Part shown: piece by piece, positions 1-8,792 of the stretch
How the letters are laid out: every line of letters begins with the position of its first letter
Position numbering within the stretch: position 1 is the stretch's first letter
NCBI GenBank assembly: GCA_022820485.1
Contig: JAJEFJ010000104.1
Coordinates: forward strand, 52,968-116,967
DNA: 64,000 nucleotides
Reading direction: 5' to 3'
Origin: Candidatus Latescibacterota bacterium
Lineage (GTDB): Bacteria > Latescibacterota > UBA2968 > UBA8231
Position numbers and translations under genes: made by a program
The notes under the pieces: model-generated
Seen by the model: the letters and a program-made list of their open reading frames with translations, nothing else
Databases searched by the model: none
Told to the model about the DNA's origin: nothing

Positions 1-1192
1 GAAACACAACGCCGAGTCTGGGCGGCATGGTTGGCTGCGCCTGACCCCGGCCTACTCGCTCAAAATGGTCGACGAAATTCTGCTAGCTTACGAAGGCATC
101 TCCAAAATCAATGTTTTCGATCCTTTTTGCGGGACCGGGACGACCGCTCTCTGCGCGGCGTATCGCGGTCACTCCGCCGTCACTGTAGAAATCAATCCCT
201 TTCTCGCTTGGTTCAGTCGCGCCAAGACCGACACTTATTCTACACAGGTGATTTCCGAACTGACTCAGGTCGGTCATGCGATGTCTGACGACATTCGCCA
301 CGGCAGGACACCGAGCGCGTCGATACCGCGTATGCACAACATTGAACGGTGGTGGAACGCTACCACACTCGATTTCCTTTGCGCCCTAAAAGGTTCCATA
401 GATGCCAGATTCACCCAACAGAGCCGGCAACGTTCTTTGCTTTTAGCCGCGTTCTGTCGGACATTGATCCATCTCTCCAATGCCGCCTTTAATCACCAGT
501 CCATGTCCTTTAAGTCGGGCGTTCAGGCGACCTTTGATTTCGATATCGACTTGTGCGGAATTTTTATCAAAAACCTGAACTTTGTTCTGGGGGGAGCGAG
601 GAAAAATCCAGCGGGGCGGGTACGCGTCCACCTCGCCGACTCTCGCCGGCTTAAAAAAAAAGATACCGACTTAGTCGATTGCGTCATTACTTCGCCTCCG
701 TACGCTAACCGGATGTCGTATATCCGCGAGCTTCGTCCATACATGTACTGGCTCGGATATCTCATGGATGGCCGAGATGCCGGAGAAATGGATTGGGAAG
801 CCATTGGAGGAACTTGGGGGATTGCTACCAGCAGACTAGGAAAATGGATGGCGCCATCGCACGGGTTCCAATCTGAACTTCTGAGCAATGCAGTAGAAGG
901 AATCAGAACAGCAGAAAACAAGAATGGCGAACTTTTGGCAAACTACGTGTCGAAATACTTCAGCGATATGTGGAGCCACTTTCAATCGCTGATCGGCGTA
1001 CTCAACAATGGAGCGAGAATTCACTACATTGTCGGCAATTCAACGTTCTATGGAGTTTTAGTCCCAGTCGAGCAAATCTACGCGGAGATGTTGTCCCAAC
1101 TCGGATTCTCCAATGTGGAGTGCATTCCCGTCAGGAAGCGCAATTCCAAGAAGGAACTGATCGAGTTCGATGTAAGGGCGCGTTGGAAGTAA
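1..1192 (+). CDS. DNA methyltransferase, probably Dam-like alpha-class N6-adenine (5' end truncated at the window edge)
   Basis: The reading frame is open from base 2 into the ORF at 65, so the gene continues upstream. Motif I DPFCGTGTT lies near the N-terminus and the catalytic SPPY motif (ITSPPYANR) ~190 aa downstream, with a TRD-sized gap between them. That order is typical of the alpha class. Confidence 0.7.
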   Translation, partial: KHNAESGRHGWLRLTPAYSLKMVDEILLAYEGISKINVFDPFCGTGTTALCAAYRGHSAVTVEINPFLAWFSRAKTDTYSTQVISELTQVGHAMSDDIRHGRTPSASIPRMHNIERWWNATTLDFLCALKGSIDARFTQQSRQRSLLLAAFCRTLIHLSNAAFNHQSMSFKSGVQATFDFDIDLCGIFIKNLNFVLGGARKNPAGRVRVHLADSRRLKKKDTDLVDCVITSPPYANRMSYIRELRPYMYWLGYLMDGRDAGEMDWEAIGGTWGIATSRLGKWMAPSHGFQSELLSNAVEGIRTAENKNGELLANYVSKYFSDMWSHFQSLIGVLNNGARIHYIVGNSTFYGVLVPVEQIYAEMLSQLGFSNVECIPVRKRNSKKELIEFDVRARWK

Positions 1193-1223
1193 TCCGATTT
1201 TTTAGCGAGCCGTCGCCAAATCC

Positions 1224-2462
1224 CTACGCCCGCTCCAGCACGATCCCTTCGCGCTCAATCCGGCTGAACATCGCCCGGTACTCCTCCGTCCCGTCGTCGT
1301 CCCAATACTCGGTCTCAATGGGCGCGGCATAGCTCATGGGCATCAGGCGGTTGCGGTCGGGCCGCACCATGAAAATCGAGTTGGCCGGGTCGGCGATGTT
1401 GTACATGCGGGTACCGTTTTTGAAGCGCGATTTGATGATCCACTTGTCTTGTGCGGGCAACTCTAGCGCTTTCAGCCGCTCCAGTTCTTTCCGGTCCAAA
1501 GTCAGCCCCAGCCCCGGCTTTTCCGGCACCCGCACCAAGCCGTTGATCGGATCCAGTCGCTCTGCTACCACGTCGCTCTGCCAGACCTCGTAATCGTTGT
1601 GGCAGTGGAAGGTGGCCGTGGGCGCGGCGGCCATCATGTGCACGACCATGGCGCGAGTGATGGCACCGCCGACGTTTTGCAGCATGAAGGGCTTGCCGGC
1701 CGCGGCAAACAAGCCAGCGCGGCGCATGGCATCGCCGATTTTTGCGTGCCCGAGCATGTAGATATCGGCCGGTTCCATCAGCACCTCATAGGTGGCTCCC
1801 AGCGGAAAGTGGTGCAAGACGACGGGCCGCTTGGCCCGCTTGCGCAGGTCGATGTAGCCCTCGATGTCCCCGGGCGGCAATGGGTCCTCAAAGCAACCGG
1901 CAATCGGATACTCAGCTAGTTTTTCCACCAGCTCGGGCATGTGGTCGTCCGTGCCGTGCATGGTGAAGTCGTAGTGGATTTTGAAGCCGGGCGGCGCGAC
2001 CTTTTGCATGGCCTCGGTCTGGTCAAAGACGTTTTCAAAGGGCGAGAGGTGATACTTCAGCCACGTGTAGCCCTGCTCCGCGTAGCGGGTTACGGCCTCG
2101 GCCATGTGTTCGGGATAGGTCGATACCGTCCAAGCACCCACGGGCACAAACGACCGATACTTCTGGCCGAACAGCTTATAAACGGGAACGCCAGCGGCTT
2201 GTCCCATCAGGTCGTACATGGCCGTGCCCAACCCCAGCGAAGTCTCGTCGCCGATCCAGTCAAAGGGGTTGCTGCCGATGTATTGGTCGATGGTCTCCTG
2301 CGGCTCGGTGCTCCCGCTCTCGCCGAGGCCAATCCGGCCATCGTCGGTGTGGGCGATATAGATCGTGCGGCTCGCGGGGCCGTAGTAGTGGTTGAGCGGG
2401 TAGGCGATCCAGTCGTGATAGGCCAGCGCGATCTCGTGGACTTCGATTTGGGTAACTTGCAT
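1224..2462 (-). CDS. Mandelate racemase/muconate lactonizing enzyme (enolase superfamily) protein, likely a sugar-acid dehydratase
   Basis: 412 aa with no internal stops in high-GC context. The enolase-superfamily barrel region is recognisable (KIHYDFTMHG...AGCFEDPLPPGD). It ends with Val/His-rich motifs like those of D-galactarate/altronate-type dehydratases. Confidence 0.7.
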   Translation of the reverse strand: MQVTQIEVHEIALAYHDWIAYPLNHYYGPASRTIYIAHTDDGRIGLGESGSTEPQETIDQYIGSNPFDWIGDETSLGLGTAMYDLMGQAAGVPVYKLFGQKYRSFVPVGAWTVSTYPEHMAEAVTRYAEQGYTWLKYHLSPFENVFDQTEAMQKVAPPGFKIHYDFTMHGTDDHMPELVEKLAEYPIAGCFEDPLPPGDIEGYIDLRKRAKRPVVLHHFPLGATYEVLMEPADIYMLGHAKIGDAMRRAGLFAAAGKPFMLQNVGGAITRAMVVHMMAAAPTATFHCHNDYEVWQSDVVAERLDPINGLVRVPEKPGLGLTLDRKELERLKALELPAQDKWIIKSRFKNGTRMYNIADPANSIFMVRPDRNRLMPMSYAAPIETEYWDDDGTEEYRAMFSRIEREGIVLERA

Positions 2463-2485
2463 GATGGATGCCTTTCTGCTCAGCG

Positions 2486-3454
2486 TCAGGGAAACTTGAG
2501 CACGACCTTTAGGGCTTGGTGCGGCTCGGGATCGTCGAAGGCCATGGCAAAGGCTTGCTGGATCTCGGCAAAGGGCAGGACGTGGCTGACGATCGGAGCC
2601 ACGTCGATGCGCCCTTGGACGATCCAGTCGAGCGCCGGCCGGTAGTCTCGCTCGGGATTGGGGCCGATCGAGAAAATCAGGCGCAGTTCCTGGCGCAACA
2701 GGTCCAACATCTTGACCGTCATCAAGCCTTCGACGTGGGCCTTATCGGGTACGCCGAAGCAGACCACTTCCGCGTTGCGGCAGCAGAGATCAGGCACGAG
2801 ACCCAGAGTCTCGGCCACGCCCACGGCCTCGACTGCGAGATCGGCCATGGCACCACCCGTAATTTCGGCGACTGCGGCAACCGGGTCTTGGGATGCCGAG
2901 CAAATCGCATGCGTGGCCCCCATCTGGCGGCCCACCTCCAAGCGGTAGGGCAGCGGATCAATCGCCATGATGCGGCGCGCGCCGAGGTTGCGCAGCACTG
3001 CGTTAAACAGCAGCCCCACCGGCCCTTGACCGATCACCACCACATCGCGGTCAATGATGTTGCCCAGCTTGTAGAAGCTGTGGATCACCGTGCCCAAAAG
3101 CTGGCTCATCAGCACCTTTTCCTCGGGCAAATCGCCGGGCAGGCGGATGCAGCCGCCATCGTCCTTGGCCAAGACGTACTCTTGAAAAAGCCCGCGATCA
3201 AACCCCCACAACAGCACCCGTTCCCCCTCCCGATAGCGCCCCGACGGGCAGACTTCGACCACGCCCATGCCTTCGTGCCCAGTGGCCCCGGGCGGCTGCG
3301 GATACCGCTTGTGGGGGCCGCAAAACGGCGGCTTGTCGCTGCCGCAGACCGCGACCCGCTCCATTTTCACCAGCATCCGGTCGCCGACTGGCTCGGGTTT
3401 GTCCGTCTCGATGATTTCCCACTGACGCGGGGCGACTAGTTGGGCCGCACGCAT
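2486..3454 (-). CDS. Zinc-dependent alcohol dehydrogenase family (MDR) protein, sorbitol/idonate dehydrogenase-like
   Basis: It has the GHEGMG Zn-ligand motif, CGSD, and the Rossmann motif VVVIGQGPVGL. The likely true start is the internal ATG at 3454 (MRAAQLV), which is preceded by GGAAAGG. The ORF-track start at 3565 gives an implausible N-terminal extension. Confidence 0.75.
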   Translation of the reverse strand: MRAAQLVAPRQWEIIETDKPEPVGDRMLVKMERVAVCGSDKPPFCGPHKRYPQPPGATGHEGMGVVEVCPSGRYREGERVLLWGFDRGLFQEYVLAKDDGGCIRLPGDLPEEKVLMSQLLGTVIHSFYKLGNIIDRDVVVIGQGPVGLLFNAVLRNLGARRIMAIDPLPYRLEVGRQMGATHAICSASQDPVAAVAEITGGAMADLAVEAVGVAETLGLVPDLCCRNAEVVCFGVPDKAHVEGLMTVKMLDLLRQELRLIFSIGPNPERDYRPALDWIVQGRIDVAPIVSHVLPFAEIQQAFAMAFDDPEPHQALKVVLKFP

Positions 3455-3480
3455 ACCTTTCCTTTCTACTCTATATCTAT

Positions 3481-3572
3481 AACTGACATTACGCATTGTA
3501 GGGGCAACCCTTGTGGTTGCCCGCCGACTGAATGCGCCGGATAGTTGGGCACCCACAAGGGGCACCCCTACA
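3481..3572. repeat. Palindromic intergenic element, copy 1 (MITE/REP-like)
   Basis: It begins with aactgacattacgcat. The arm gtaggggcaacccttgtggttgccc (3498-3522) is the imperfect reverse complement of gggcacccacaaggggcacccctac (3547-3571). Related copies lie at 8660-8786 and 25862-25934. Confidence 0.55.
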
Positions 3573-4787
3573 CTAATCGAAAAAGTCGGCGTCTTCTTCG
3601 CGCAAATAGCGCCGCGCTTCTTCGGCGATTAAATCAACGCCCATCCCGGGCGCATCCCAAACGTCGATGTGACTATCGACCACAATCGGGTCGGGCAAGC
3701 CCGTGACGATGTCGTACCACCACTCGGGGTGGCCGGTCGGATATTCAAACGCAATGTAGTTTTGCGGCAGCGTCGCCGCGACTTGGACTAAGGCCGCCAA
3801 ACCCAACAGGCCGTCGAGCACGCCGTGGGGGGCCATGAGGATGCCGTGCATATCGGCGTATTCAGCCACCCATTTTAGCTCGGCGATGCCGCCGATGTCG
3901 CACGGATCCGGGCCAATGACATCCACGGCGCGCTTCTCAATCAGGTCTTGAAAATTGTGCCGCAAATAGATCTGCTCGCCCGTGTGGATCGGCGTCGAGG
4001 TGCTCTGCGTAACCTCGCGGTAGTGATCCGCTGACACGTAAGGCACGTAATCGCCGGTCAGCATGTCCTCTAGCCACGCCACGTTGAGGTCTTCGACCGC
4101 TTGGGCGAGACGGCGCGCATCCGGCACGAGAAAGCCCGGTCCCAAGTCCAGCGCCAAGCCAACCTCGTCGCCGCAGACTTCCTTCATCGCGCGGATGCAA
4201 TCGACGATATAGTTGAGGCCGCGTTCGCTCAAAGGGCCGCGATTAGCGTGGCCCGGGCCGGCTTGATGGGTGCCGTAGAAATGTTTAGGCGACTCGGTGA
4301 TCCCTCCGCCGTGGAAGGCGAGACCCTGCTTGATGATGCTGAACTTCTGCGGCGCGTCTATCATGCGCTGCATGTTGTCCGCGTAGTCCTCGGGCGGGCG
4401 GCCACCCTCCGCGGGCGAGCGGGCGGGCGCCATGGGGAAGCGCACCGCGCCATTGTACACCCGCACGCGATCGCGGATTTTGCCGCCGAGCAGCTTGTAC
4501 ACCGGCACGTCCGCGGCCTTACCGGCAATGTCCCACAGCGCCATCTCAATCGCGCTGACCGCACTGCCCCAGGGCTTGAAGCTGCCCAAGCGCCGGATAT
4601 TGAGCATCACCCGCTCGACATCGGTCGGGTCCTGGCCGAGGATGCGGTCTTTGTAGAACAGCACGTGGGGCTTGAGATAGGACTTGCTCGCTTCGACTTC
4701 TCCGAGGCCGTAAATGCCCTCGTCGGTATTGATGCGCACGACCGGGTTGTTGCCGATGACCGCGCATTTGAGATCCGTGATTTTCAT
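3573..4787 (-). CDS. Enolase-superfamily dehydratase (mannonate/galactonate dehydratase-like, MR/MLE family)
   Basis: The N-terminus MKITDLKCAVIGNNPVVRINTDEGIYGLGE is typical of ManD-like enolase-superfamily members. The protein is 404 aa and a poly-T/RBS region lies upstream of the ATG at 4787. Confidence 0.75.
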   Translation of the reverse strand: MKITDLKCAVIGNNPVVRINTDEGIYGLGEVEASKSYLKPHVLFYKDRILGQDPTDVERVMLNIRRLGSFKPWGSAVSAIEMALWDIAGKAADVPVYKLLGGKIRDRVRVYNGAVRFPMAPARSPAEGGRPPEDYADNMQRMIDAPQKFSIIKQGLAFHGGGITESPKHFYGTHQAGPGHANRGPLSERGLNYIVDCIRAMKEVCGDEVGLALDLGPGFLVPDARRLAQAVEDLNVAWLEDMLTGDYVPYVSADHYREVTQSTSTPIHTGEQIYLRHNFQDLIEKRAVDVIGPDPCDIGGIAELKWVAEYADMHGILMAPHGVLDGLLGLAALVQVAATLPQNYIAFEYPTGHPEWWYDIVTGLPDPIVVDSHIDVWDAPGMGVDLIAEEARRYLREEDADFFD

Positions 4788-4820
4788 ATTTTTCCTTTTT
4801 TGCGTTCGATGGACTTGTCC
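4736..4820. repeat. ~85-bp duplicated leader plus 5' coding segment (copy A); copy B is at 7822-7904
   Basis: A 55-bp block is identical between 4736-4790 and 7822-7876: gcacgaccgggttgttgccgatgaccgcgcatttgagatccgtgattttcatatt. ~30 bp of diverged upstream sequence includes a GGAC-NN-GTCC palindrome in both copies. Confidence 0.7.
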
Positions 4821-4823
4821 ACC

Positions 4824-6563
4824 TTAATGATTCTGTCGAGACCGCACCGGCCGGTGCAGCGATCTGCCCTCGCCCATAGTCTCCATGGTCATGAGTTGGA
4901 TGATGTCGCTGTTGGTGACCGCGCCCAAAAACTTTTCCGCATCCCTTTCCACAACGGGCATGACGGAAAGAGAATTCTCTGACATGCGGTGCAGCACGTC
5001 TTCGACTTGCTCATCGGGATAGGCCAATGGGGTTTGGCGGCGGACCACAGCGTCGAGTTGGGTCTTGCCCCAAGCGTCCTTAGGCAGGTAGCGGAGCATC
5101 TCCAAGGACACGATCCCGACCAGCGCTTCCCTATCTGCCACGACGTAGTGGGGCTGGTGCGGGACGATCCACTGCTCGGTGAAATCGCGCACGGTGACCG
5201 AAGGCGCAGGATGCCGACGCGAGCGGTCCAGAATGTCATCAATCTTGATGTCTTCCAGCGCGAAGCGGACTATGCCCAACGGAATGTCGTCAAGTTGCGC
5301 TGGCAGGTCGGTCCGGCGGCTGGCCCGGCTCACCGCGAAGCTGATCACCGACGGCATGAACAAGATGTAGCAGAACATGACCAGCACCAAGAACGAGAAA
5401 ACCACCTCGTCAATGATTCCAGAATTCCACATAACCAGCAGCAGCGCGATTTCAGCCACGCCCTTCCCCATCAGCCCGGTGGCCACGGCGTAGGGAACGG
5501 CGAGACGAGACACGTACGCGCCGATGAAAGCGCCGGTGAAGTTGCCGAGCAATGGGATCAGCGCCAAACCCGCCATGGCCCCCAGCGGCAAGGTTGCGAA
5601 GGTAAAGCTGAAGCTCAATCCGGCGGAAGCAAAAAACAGCGGCACGAAAAACCCCTCAGCCACGCTGCGAATCCCCGGGATGATCTCCCGCTGCACTTGG
5701 TAGGGAAGACTCGACAGCGACGCCCCGAACAGTAAAGCTCCCAGTGAGCCGTGCAGTCCCACTGCTTCCGCGCCGTACACGATCAGGAAGAGCATGCCAA
5801 GCAGCAAACCCAAGGAAAGTTGCGGCACCTGGATCACCCGCTGCAACAGCGCCACCAACGGCGGCAACACCCGCGACGACAATACCCAAGTCACCACCGA
5901 AAAACCGGCCACTTTGCCCAGCAAAATCAGGATGCCGACCAGCGAAACTTGGTGGGCGTGTTCGCCGATGCTGAAGCCGATCAGCAGCAGGGCAATCAAC
6001 TCGGCGATGATCACCACCGTGAAAATTTGCAGTCCAACCGGCTGTTTCAGGTAGCCGCCGTCGGTCAGCACTTTGGCCACGATGCCCAGACTGGTCATCG
6101 ACAGCACACCGGCCAACGCCAGCGACTCGGTGAAATTCAGTTTCAGTCCGAAATCGAAAACCAAATCGGTGGTGACCAGCATCGAAATGCTTAGCGACAC
6201 GGTCACGGAGAGTACGGCGGCGAGGAAGTAATGGCCTTTGAGAGACGCCATGAAACTGGAAATATCCACTTCGTCTAGGCCGATCAGGAAAAAAAATATG
6301 AACACCCCCAGTGCCAAAACCAACTCGAGGTGCAGCGAAGACTCAATCCACCAGACGCCGGTCAGTTCCATGACCGGCCCAAGCAACATACCGGTCGCCG
6401 CATAGGCGATGATGGCGTTCAAGCGCAGCCGGCGAAAAACGCCCTCGGCCAACTTGGCGACGATGATGAGCATCCCGAGCGTCAACAGCGATTGGTGTAG
6501 TTCGTGCGCGTGCTCACCGAATCTAAACAGATCCACTATCGCTTGGAGCGAGAAGCCTTCCAT
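4824..6563 (-). CDS. Cation:proton antiporter (CPA1/NhaP-type Na+/H+ exchanger) with a C-terminal CBS-domain pair
   Basis: 579 aa. The N-terminal ~400 aa are multi-pass hydrophobic with the Na_H_Exchanger pattern. The C-terminal ~150 aa carry two CBS-like repeats (VVADREALVGIVSLEML..., VMPVVERDAEKFLGAVTNSDII). Confidence 0.7.
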   Translation of the reverse strand: MEGFSLQAIVDLFRFGEHAHELHQSLLTLGMLIIVAKLAEGVFRRLRLNAIIAYAATGMLLGPVMELTGVWWIESSLHLELVLALGVFIFFFLIGLDEVDISSFMASLKGHYFLAAVLSVTVSLSISMLVTTDLVFDFGLKLNFTESLALAGVLSMTSLGIVAKVLTDGGYLKQPVGLQIFTVVIIAELIALLLIGFSIGEHAHQVSLVGILILLGKVAGFSVVTWVLSSRVLPPLVALLQRVIQVPQLSLGLLLGMLFLIVYGAEAVGLHGSLGALLFGASLSSLPYQVQREIIPGIRSVAEGFFVPLFFASAGLSFSFTFATLPLGAMAGLALIPLLGNFTGAFIGAYVSRLAVPYAVATGLMGKGVAEIALLLVMWNSGIIDEVVFSFLVLVMFCYILFMPSVISFAVSRASRRTDLPAQLDDIPLGIVRFALEDIKIDDILDRSRRHPAPSVTVRDFTEQWIVPHQPHYVVADREALVGIVSLEMLRYLPKDAWGKTQLDAVVRRQTPLAYPDEQVEDVLHRMSENSLSVMPVVERDAEKFLGAVTNSDIIQLMTMETMGEGRSLHRPVRSRQNH

Positions 6564-6601
6564 GGTCTTGAGATTCTCCGTAGGTGTCGTTTGGGGGGTC
6601 T

Positions 6602-7912
6602 TTAGTACGGGCCTTTTAGTTTTTCGACCCCGTGGTACTTGCCGTCCGGACCAATCACGGTCAAGAACACAGCGTCGGATCCCTGGTTATCGTCCGGCCC
6701 GTATTTGAGCTGCAGGCCGTCAATTTCTATGGTGCCGGTATCTCGCACCGCGTGGAGCAGGCACGCTCGACTCAGGTCGGGGCCACAGGCTTTGAGACCG
6801 GCGACGGCCAAGCGTCCGGCCAGATAACCTTCCAACGAAACGAACCCGGGTTCCGCTTGGGGGTCGTACTCGGAGAGGGCGCTGTGGTATCGAGCCACCA
6901 CCGGGATGTTTTCGTCAGCAGGGAGAGGAACTACTTGCGTAACGTACACGCCGGCCCCGGCGGGCCCCAACTCGTTGGCCAAAGCGTTGCTCCCCACGAA
7001 GGAGACCGTCATGAATACCGGGTCCAACTCCCGCCGCACCAACTCTATGGTCTTGACCACCGGATTGTACGAGCCAATCATGATCACTGCTTGCGGCTTG
7101 GCCGCGGCGATTTTGAGCGCGGCTCCCTTCACAGCTCGGGTATTGCGTGGGTAGTGCGAGGCCGCTATCGGCTTTAGGCCCCGGCGCTCCAGTGCCAATC
7201 GCGTGCCCTCCAGCCCGTTCAAGCCGAAGGAATCATCCTGATAGAGGACGGCAACGCGGGTGATCCCCAAATCCTCGGTGAGCCGCGCCACCATCTCCTC
7301 GGTCTCCTGGTAGTACGATGCCCGGACGTTGAGCACATGGTCCAACTCCCGGTCGCGCAAGAACTCGGCCCCGGTGAACGGAGCGAGGAAGGGCACCCCG
7401 GCAGCTTGGGCCAGCGGTGATGCAGCGCGGGACGTGGGTGTGCCCACCGCGCCGATCAGCGCGAATACCCTTTCATTCTCAATCAACCGTTGCGTGTTGG
7501 AAGCGGCAAAGTCGGTTTCGTAGCCGTCATCCAACGCCTTGAGCTTGAGTTCGCGGCCATGGACGCCTCCTGCCTGATTGGCCTCGTGGAATGCCGCCTC
7601 AATTCCGAGGCGCATCGCCTTGCCCAATTCCCGGGCCGGCCCGGTGAACGCGGCGGATTGACCAAAAAGGACGTGGTCGGCGGAAAACCCGAGGTCCTCG
7701 TGGCCTGCTTCCTGCGCTGTTGCCGGGTGCGGCGTTCCGCCGTCATTTGCCTCGGGGGCGTCCTGCCCGCCCCCACAGGCCATGGTCGCCAGCAGCAACC
7801 CTGCAATCATCACAAGGGGGGGCACGACCGGGTTGTTGCCGATGACCGCGCATTTGAGATCCGTGATTTTCATATTCCCTTTTTGTACTCGATAGGACCT
7901 GTCCGTGCCCAC
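6602..7912 (-). CDS. ABC transporter substrate-binding protein, LivK/branched-chain amino acid-binding family, lipoprotein
   Basis: Its own start is the ATG at 7810 (MIAGLLLATMACGGG, with lipobox ATMAC). The ORF extends in-frame upstream to 7873/7912 through a duplicated MKITDLKCAVIGNNPVV segment. The body matches Peripla_BP_6 (LivK-like): FALIGAVGTPTS, VAVLYQDDSFG. Confidence 0.7.
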   Translation of the reverse strand: MGTDRSYRVQKGNMKITDLKCAVIGNNPVVPPLVMIAGLLLATMACGGGQDAPEANDGGTPHPATAQEAGHEDLGFSADHVLFGQSAAFTGPARELGKAMRLGIEAAFHEANQAGGVHGRELKLKALDDGYETDFAASNTQRLIENERVFALIGAVGTPTSRAASPLAQAAGVPFLAPFTGAEFLRDRELDHVLNVRASYYQETEEMVARLTEDLGITRVAVLYQDDSFGLNGLEGTRLALERRGLKPIAASHYPRNTRAVKGAALKIAAAKPQAVIMIGSYNPVVKTIELVRRELDPVFMTVSFVGSNALANELGPAGAGVYVTQVVPLPADENIPVVARYHSALSEYDPQAEPGFVSLEGYLAGRLAVAGLKACGPDLSRACLLHAVRDTGTIEIDGLQLKYGPDDNQGSDAVFLTVIGPDGKYHGVEKLKGPY

Positions 7913-8098
7913 ACCTAGCTAATGGATTCTTTTAGCTGACAGGCATCTTCGTAAGCTAAATAACCCCAGCCTCTCCAATCAAGGACATTCGCCAGCGACG
8001 AGCCGACATCGCGTCGCATCTGCTGTCGCGTATTAAGCTCCTAGGTATTGCGCCGTAGAACTTGCTTGCTATAAATTGAACAATCCACATAAAGGAGG

Positions 8099-8641
8099 TT
8101 GATCGTGATCCGATTCATTGACAAATCCATCATCGGCTTAGCACTCGCGTTGGCGGCGAGTTGCTTGGGATGCTCCGAAGACGAGCCAACCGCGTCTGAG
8201 GCCACTCAAGCCAGCACCATCGTCAACCCCACGGAGGGCAACGAAGCCCAAGGGACGGTTGAGTTCACGCAGGAAGCCGACGGGGTGCGAGTTATAGCCA
8301 ACCTGACCGGGCTTACCGAAGGCGACCACGGATTTCACATCCACGAAAAGGGCGATTGCAGCGCAGCCGATGGCACGTCGGCGGGCGGTCACTTCAATCC
8401 CGAAGGCAAAGCCCACGGCGCACCCGATGCCGCTGAACGGCACGTCGGCGACCTTGGCAATATCACCGCCGACGCCTCTGGGCAAGCCACTTACAACCGC
8501 CTCGACACCCACCTCGACTTGGATGGCGACAACAGCATCATCGGGCTGGCAGTCATCGTTCACGCGCTCCCGGATGATTTTTCACAACCCACCGGGGCGG
8601 CCGGTGCCCGCGTCGGTTGTGGGGTCATAGAGGGTCGATAA
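8099..8641 (+). CDS. sodC: Cu/Zn superoxide dismutase, lipoprotein
   Basis: The hallmark motifs GFHIHEKGDC, GGHFNP, HVGDLGNI and RVGCGVI are present. The signal peptide has lipobox LAASC. The RBS AAAGGAGG lies at 8091-8098, so the likely start is the GTG at 8105 rather than the TTG at 8099. Confidence 0.85.
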   Translation: MIVIRFIDKSIIGLALALAASCLGCSEDEPTASEATQASTIVNPTEGNEAQGTVEFTQEADGVRVIANLTGLTEGDHGFHIHEKGDCSAADGTSAGGHFNPEGKAHGAPDAAERHVGDLGNITADASGQATYNRLDTHLDLDGDNSIIGLAVIVHALPDDFSQPTGAAGARVGCGVIEGR

Positions 8642-8659
8642 GAGAGAAATTTCTTGGAC

Positions 8660-8786
8660 AACTGACGTTACGCATCTGCGCCGAAGCGATAGATGTAGGG
8701 GCGTCCCTTGTGGGTGCCCAGGCAACAGCCAGCCAGACCTACGAGGGCAACCACAAGGGTTGCCCCTACCATGCGTAACATCAGTT
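8660..8786. repeat. Palindromic intergenic element, copy 2 (MITE-like, with 14-16 bp terminal inverted repeats)
   Basis: The termini aactgacgttacgcat and atgcgtaacatcagtt are inverted repeats. The internal arms gtaggggcgtcccttgtgggtgccc and gggcaaccacaagggttgcccctac are reverse complements of the copy-1 arms. The element sits between the convergent sodC and helicase genes. Confidence 0.6.
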
Positions 8787-8792
8787 AGATAA

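Noticed and set aside
2516-3439. Long antisense ORFs overlapping the Zn-ADH, enolase, IlvD, PurL and other genes (for example 2516-3439+, 4101-4982+, 24683-25921-, 38464-39093+, 35339-36103+)
   Set aside because: High GC content suppresses stop codons in the non-coding frames. The translations are Arg/Ala/Pro-rich low-complexity sequence without motifs, and the sense-strand genes have clear family signatures.
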